From: Chiloscyllium plagiosum
Taxonomy: Eukaryota
Length of the DNA: 64,000 bases
Direction: 5' to 3'
NCBI RefSeq assembly: GCF_004010195.1
Contig: NC_057755.1
Span: forward strand, 474,399 to 538,398
Shown: piece after piece, positions 63,661-64,000 of the stretch
How the letters are laid out: each line of letters starts with the position of its first letter
Numbering within the stretch: position 1 is the first letter of the stretch
Position numbers and translations under genes: made by a program
The notes under the pieces: model-generated
Told to the model about the DNA's origin: nothing
The model's input: only the letters and a program-made list of their open reading frames with translations
Databases searched by the model: none

Positions 63661-64000
63661 CTGTATTGCTTCCTCCTGTGCAACAGGCTGCAGAAGGACC
63701 TGACTAAAAACTGAAAGAACTGTGAATGTTGTAAATCAGAAACACAAACAGAAATTGTTGGGAAAACTCAGCACGTTTGGCAGCAGCTGTCGAGAGAAAC
63801 TGGCGCTGAATAGCCTCCTGTTCCTTTGGATCAGACTGAAGAAGGTGCTGAATGATCTCCTAGTCTCGTCTTTCTGGGTGTGTCGACGCCAACAGCACAC
63901 TCATTGTATCATTGAAAATGAAGCAATGCTTTATCACAATGTACACAATGCTCTAAGTGCGGCTGCACTGGATTTTTGTACAGCTGCAACATGACCTCAT

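Overview
Repeat-rich vertebrate DNA with two assembly gaps (8006-8505 and 59187-59863). HE1-type SINEs, HER1/CR1 LINEs, Deu-type SINEs and Penelope elements point to an elasmobranch (shark); this is inference. I found no intact protein-coding gene. Beneath the transposons are four host genes, all disabled. Three are paralogous two-coding-exon GPR139-like orphan GPCR loci in +/-/+ orientation: copy 1 (exon 2 at 84-810), copy 2 (exons at 37383-37449 and 32528-33378) and copy 3 (exon 1 at 46823-46889 plus a TM7 remnant at 56810-56923). The fourth is a spliced NACHT-LRR (NLR) immune receptor pseudogene on the minus strand (exons at 21372-21532, 13990-14160, 13821-13887 and 9968-11713), lying between copies 1 and 2. 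Copies 2 and 3 sit in an old head-to-head inverted duplication. Its non-coding homology can be followed by eye from about 37.1-40.3 kb against 43.4-47.2 kb, and again in the downstream modules. Smaller-scale features include hammerhead-ribozyme motifs in Penelope termini, nested insertions with target-site duplications (TSDs), and a compound inverted-plus-tandem duplication at 15.2-16.8 kb. All alignments were done by eye, and repeat boundaries are approximate.
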